IMG/VR virus record: IMGVR_UViG_3300044646_000899
Location: 1-32,191 of that record
From: a virus
Lineage: Duplodnaviria; Caudoviricetes
Strand: one strand, 5' to 3'
DNA: 32,191 nucleotides
Position 1 is the first letter of the stretch. Every line of letters begins with the position of its first letter. Positions 32,041-32,191 of the stretch are shown one piece after another. The notes beneath the pieces are model-generated. The model had not been told where the DNA came from. It did not search any database and was given only the letters and a program-made list of their open reading frames with translations. The position numbers and the translations under genes are program-made.

Positions 32041-32191
32041 TGCGATTTAGAATTCGTGGAACTCCAAACGACTCCGGTGCTCGCCAAATGCTCAGAGAGC
32101 GTCAGGCGCGCGCCACATTCACGCTTCCAGCAAGAACTGGCGAAGCACTTGTGTCAGCGAATAATGTTGCTGGCACCCTGACGATAACGGC
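32040..32191 (+). CDS. Partial ORF running off the window
   Basis: TAATG overlap; MRFRIRGTPNDSGARQMLRERQARATFTLPARTGEALVSANNVAGTLTIT... stays open to the end. Confidence 0.5.
   Translation, partial: MRFRIRGTPNDSGARQMLRERQARATFTLPARTGEALVSANNVAGTLTIT

Overview
This window is most of a high-GC, probably podovirus-like tailed dsDNA phage genome. Host and taxonomy cannot be assigned from sequence alone. Layout: (1) 2-11128, a 3708-aa 'polyvalent' putative virion/ejection protein carrying zincin-like, GNAT-like, glycosylase-like, ADP-ribosyltransferase-like and HipA/PI3K-like kinase modules. (2) 11129-11755, a highly structured non-coding interval with two opposed sigma70-type promoters. (3) 11756-16863 (+), a metallophosphoesterase, an HExxH peptidase, a RecE-like exonuclease, Erf, a wHTH protein, RusA and small ORFs. 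(4) 16879-21973 (-), about 11 small early-type genes including DUF932, most with a repeated leader CCTGACCGGAGA(C)CTGACC-ATG, driven by two related promoters. (5) 22274-32191 (+), terminase small and large subunits, small basic proteins, portal, scaffold, major capsid, decoration and adaptor. No polymerase, helicase, primase, integrase or lysis gene was recognised. The most striking observation is a predicted ~155-nt small RNA (about 11531-11686). It exposes GGUCAG twice in single-stranded positions, the exact complement of the CUGACC hexamer flanking the ribosome-binding sites of about 11 early/middle genes. This suggests one trans-acting sRNA controlling a whole phage regulon. All functional calls come from motif recognition by eye, not from database searches.
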